From Toensbergia leucococca (lineage: Eukaryota): a stretch of 64,000 bases of DNA. The notes beneath the pieces are model-generated. The model ran no database searches. It was given only the letters and a program-made list of their open reading frames with translations, and was not told where the DNA came from. Positions 62,333 through 64,000 of the stretch are shown one piece after another (positions within the stretch are counted from its first letter, which is position 1; each line of letters begins with the position of its first letter). The DNA lies in assembly GCA_022813965.1 (NCBI GenBank), contig JALDZS010000031.1, positions 1 to 64,000 on the forward strand, given 5' to 3'. The position numbers and the translations under genes are program-made.

Positions 62333-63908
62333 TGAGCGGTGAGGGTGTCGATATCGGGGTAAGCAGAGTATCGTGGCATTGATGAAATGGACTTATGCAG
62401 GAACGGTGGTGGTGTGTCTCCCGGGACATTGAGTTATGTAGTCAATGTGTCTCATCAAGCACCTCTTCAGCATTTGATCGAGGCGTCGATTGACAGGGAG
62501 CATAATTCGATGCCTTGAGGTTGTGTATATTATTAACATTGGTGGCTGAATGTAAGAACGACGGTGGAGTAATATTGCGAGGCTTTCTCCCGGCGAGGAG
62601 GCACCAGGGCCTTCCTTCGCGCCCACCATGCAGGGCTACCTGAATCAGCTACGGCTCCTTTGAGAGAGCTACGAGTTACTTTGGGCAATGCAATCTCCAT
62701 TCCACTTCTACATCAGATCAGAACTACAACTAACGAGCCAAATGAGAGTGAGACATGATCGAAGTGGTTCAGGTTGGTAGCCGGTAAATGGTAAATGGGA
62801 CTTGATAGAATAGAATAGGATACGGAGTACTCCGTAAATTAGGTGGAAATAAAGACTCAAGGAGTATTCTAGGTAAGTAAGGTAAGTAAGCTGTTCCCTA
62901 TTTCTATGAGCGATAATCAGAGAATATTCTGTCGGGCCGTCATGCCTCCTGGACTTGAATCTCTTCATTTATCCTTTTATCCTTTCATCTTTTCTTGACG
63001 CGCTGTGTTGTCATTGGCCTTCAAATGACATGGAGAGCATTGGGCACCCTTTGCGACGAGATCAAGGCAAGTGCATTGCATTAGCTGTTTGCATTAAATA
63101 CCTCTAAGATACGTGGCACCAAGTTTGGGACACCTCACTTTTCTATTCCTTCGTCTTTTTGGTCTAGCTTCTGTCGCGGCCGAAAGACGACTGAACGCTT
63201 ATACCTGAATCCAATCCTGAGAAACAAAGTAGGGAATCCACCTGGATTCACTGCCCACTCTCCAACTGGTGGGCCGCAATTAGTCTTGCAGCTTAGATGT
63301 TGGTACCTACCTACCTACTTTACCTGTGTTCCTTAGCTACCGAATCGAAACTTCCATGTACGAGTGCAGTAGAGTAGCTGCGCCTACAGCCCTCGCTCAC
63401 CTATCAACACCACCCCTACAGACGCCTATGATGCTGTCACAATGGGCCCTAACGGTTCTTAATGAGGCCTGAGGGGTTCGTAAGGCCTCTATATGCTCTA
63501 CATGTCTAGTCTGATGCTCGAAATGGTGGACGGTATGGTTGAAAGGAGACCCAAGTATCACTATCACTCGAGTGTGTAATAGATAGCTCTGCCTTCCAGC
63601 GTTCTTGTAATTGGATAACCCGGAACCAGACATGAGCACGCAATTGACTTGTAAGTGGCCTCTGCCTCCTTTGATTCGACCTGAAACCTGCTTGCTTTTT
63701 CGACCTCGGCCGCTAATCAACAGTATCTCTATATGTCCAGAAGTGTACAGATGCGGAGTGGAGGTAAATACGCGCTCGGACAGCCCAACGCCTTGGGTTG
63801 CATCCTCTGCCAGTGCTCCCAGGGCTACCAGGGCCCTACCACCCAACGCCATCTAGCTGCTATGCGAACCCAACCCAAATACTCCAATGATGATAACTTG
63901 CACATTAA

Positions 63909-64000
63909 TCAATCGTCATCCTCTGACTCCTCGCTTGCCTTATCTGTCTTTGCCTTCCCCTTTGCCAATTGGTCCTTCCACACATTATTTGCTTCCTCGG
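63909..64000 (-). CDS. Probable C-terminal end of a gene extending beyond the window
   Basis: Open frame EEANNVWKDQLAKGKAKTDKASEESEDDD* with an acidic tail; stop at 63911-63909. Confidence 0.45.
   Translation of the reverse strand, partial: EEANNVWKDQLAKGKAKTDKASEESEDDD

Noticed and set aside
63885..63926. ATGATGA...CTGA as a C/D-box snoRNA
   Set aside because: Only about 40 nt apart, no terminal stem, and it overlaps a probable coding end on the other strand.

Overview
This is intron-containing DNA from a filamentous ascomycete (Pezizomycotina), possibly a lichen-forming lineage; that finer placement is only an impression. About 11.7-62.3 kb is a block of mostly conserved genes: creA, a RAD55-like Rad51 paralog, a MOSC/mARC-like protein, a UapA/UapC-type purine permease, delta-9 desaturase, a CobW/ZNG1 GTPase, MOB3/phocein, CDC73, an APH/PsiK-like kinase, PSF2, ALG10, flbA, myosin light chain, a STEEP1-like protein, a Zn2Cys6 transcription factor and an atypical protein kinase. 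Accessory stretches (about 1-9.7 kb, 14-16 kb, 45.8-49.3 kb and 55-59.4 kb) hold decayed genes, CpG-depleted tracts and one long-TIR foldback element. The most striking observation is an intact Zn2Cys6 DNA-binding cluster, with its own intron and a tandemly duplicated lead-in, spliced in frame into a loop of the ER membrane glucosyltransferase ALG10. Also notable are a strongly over-represented non-coding motif (TACGGAGTA) and a secreted-protein gene broken by a single TGA beside the foldback element. All gene identities come from motif recognition; no database search was run.
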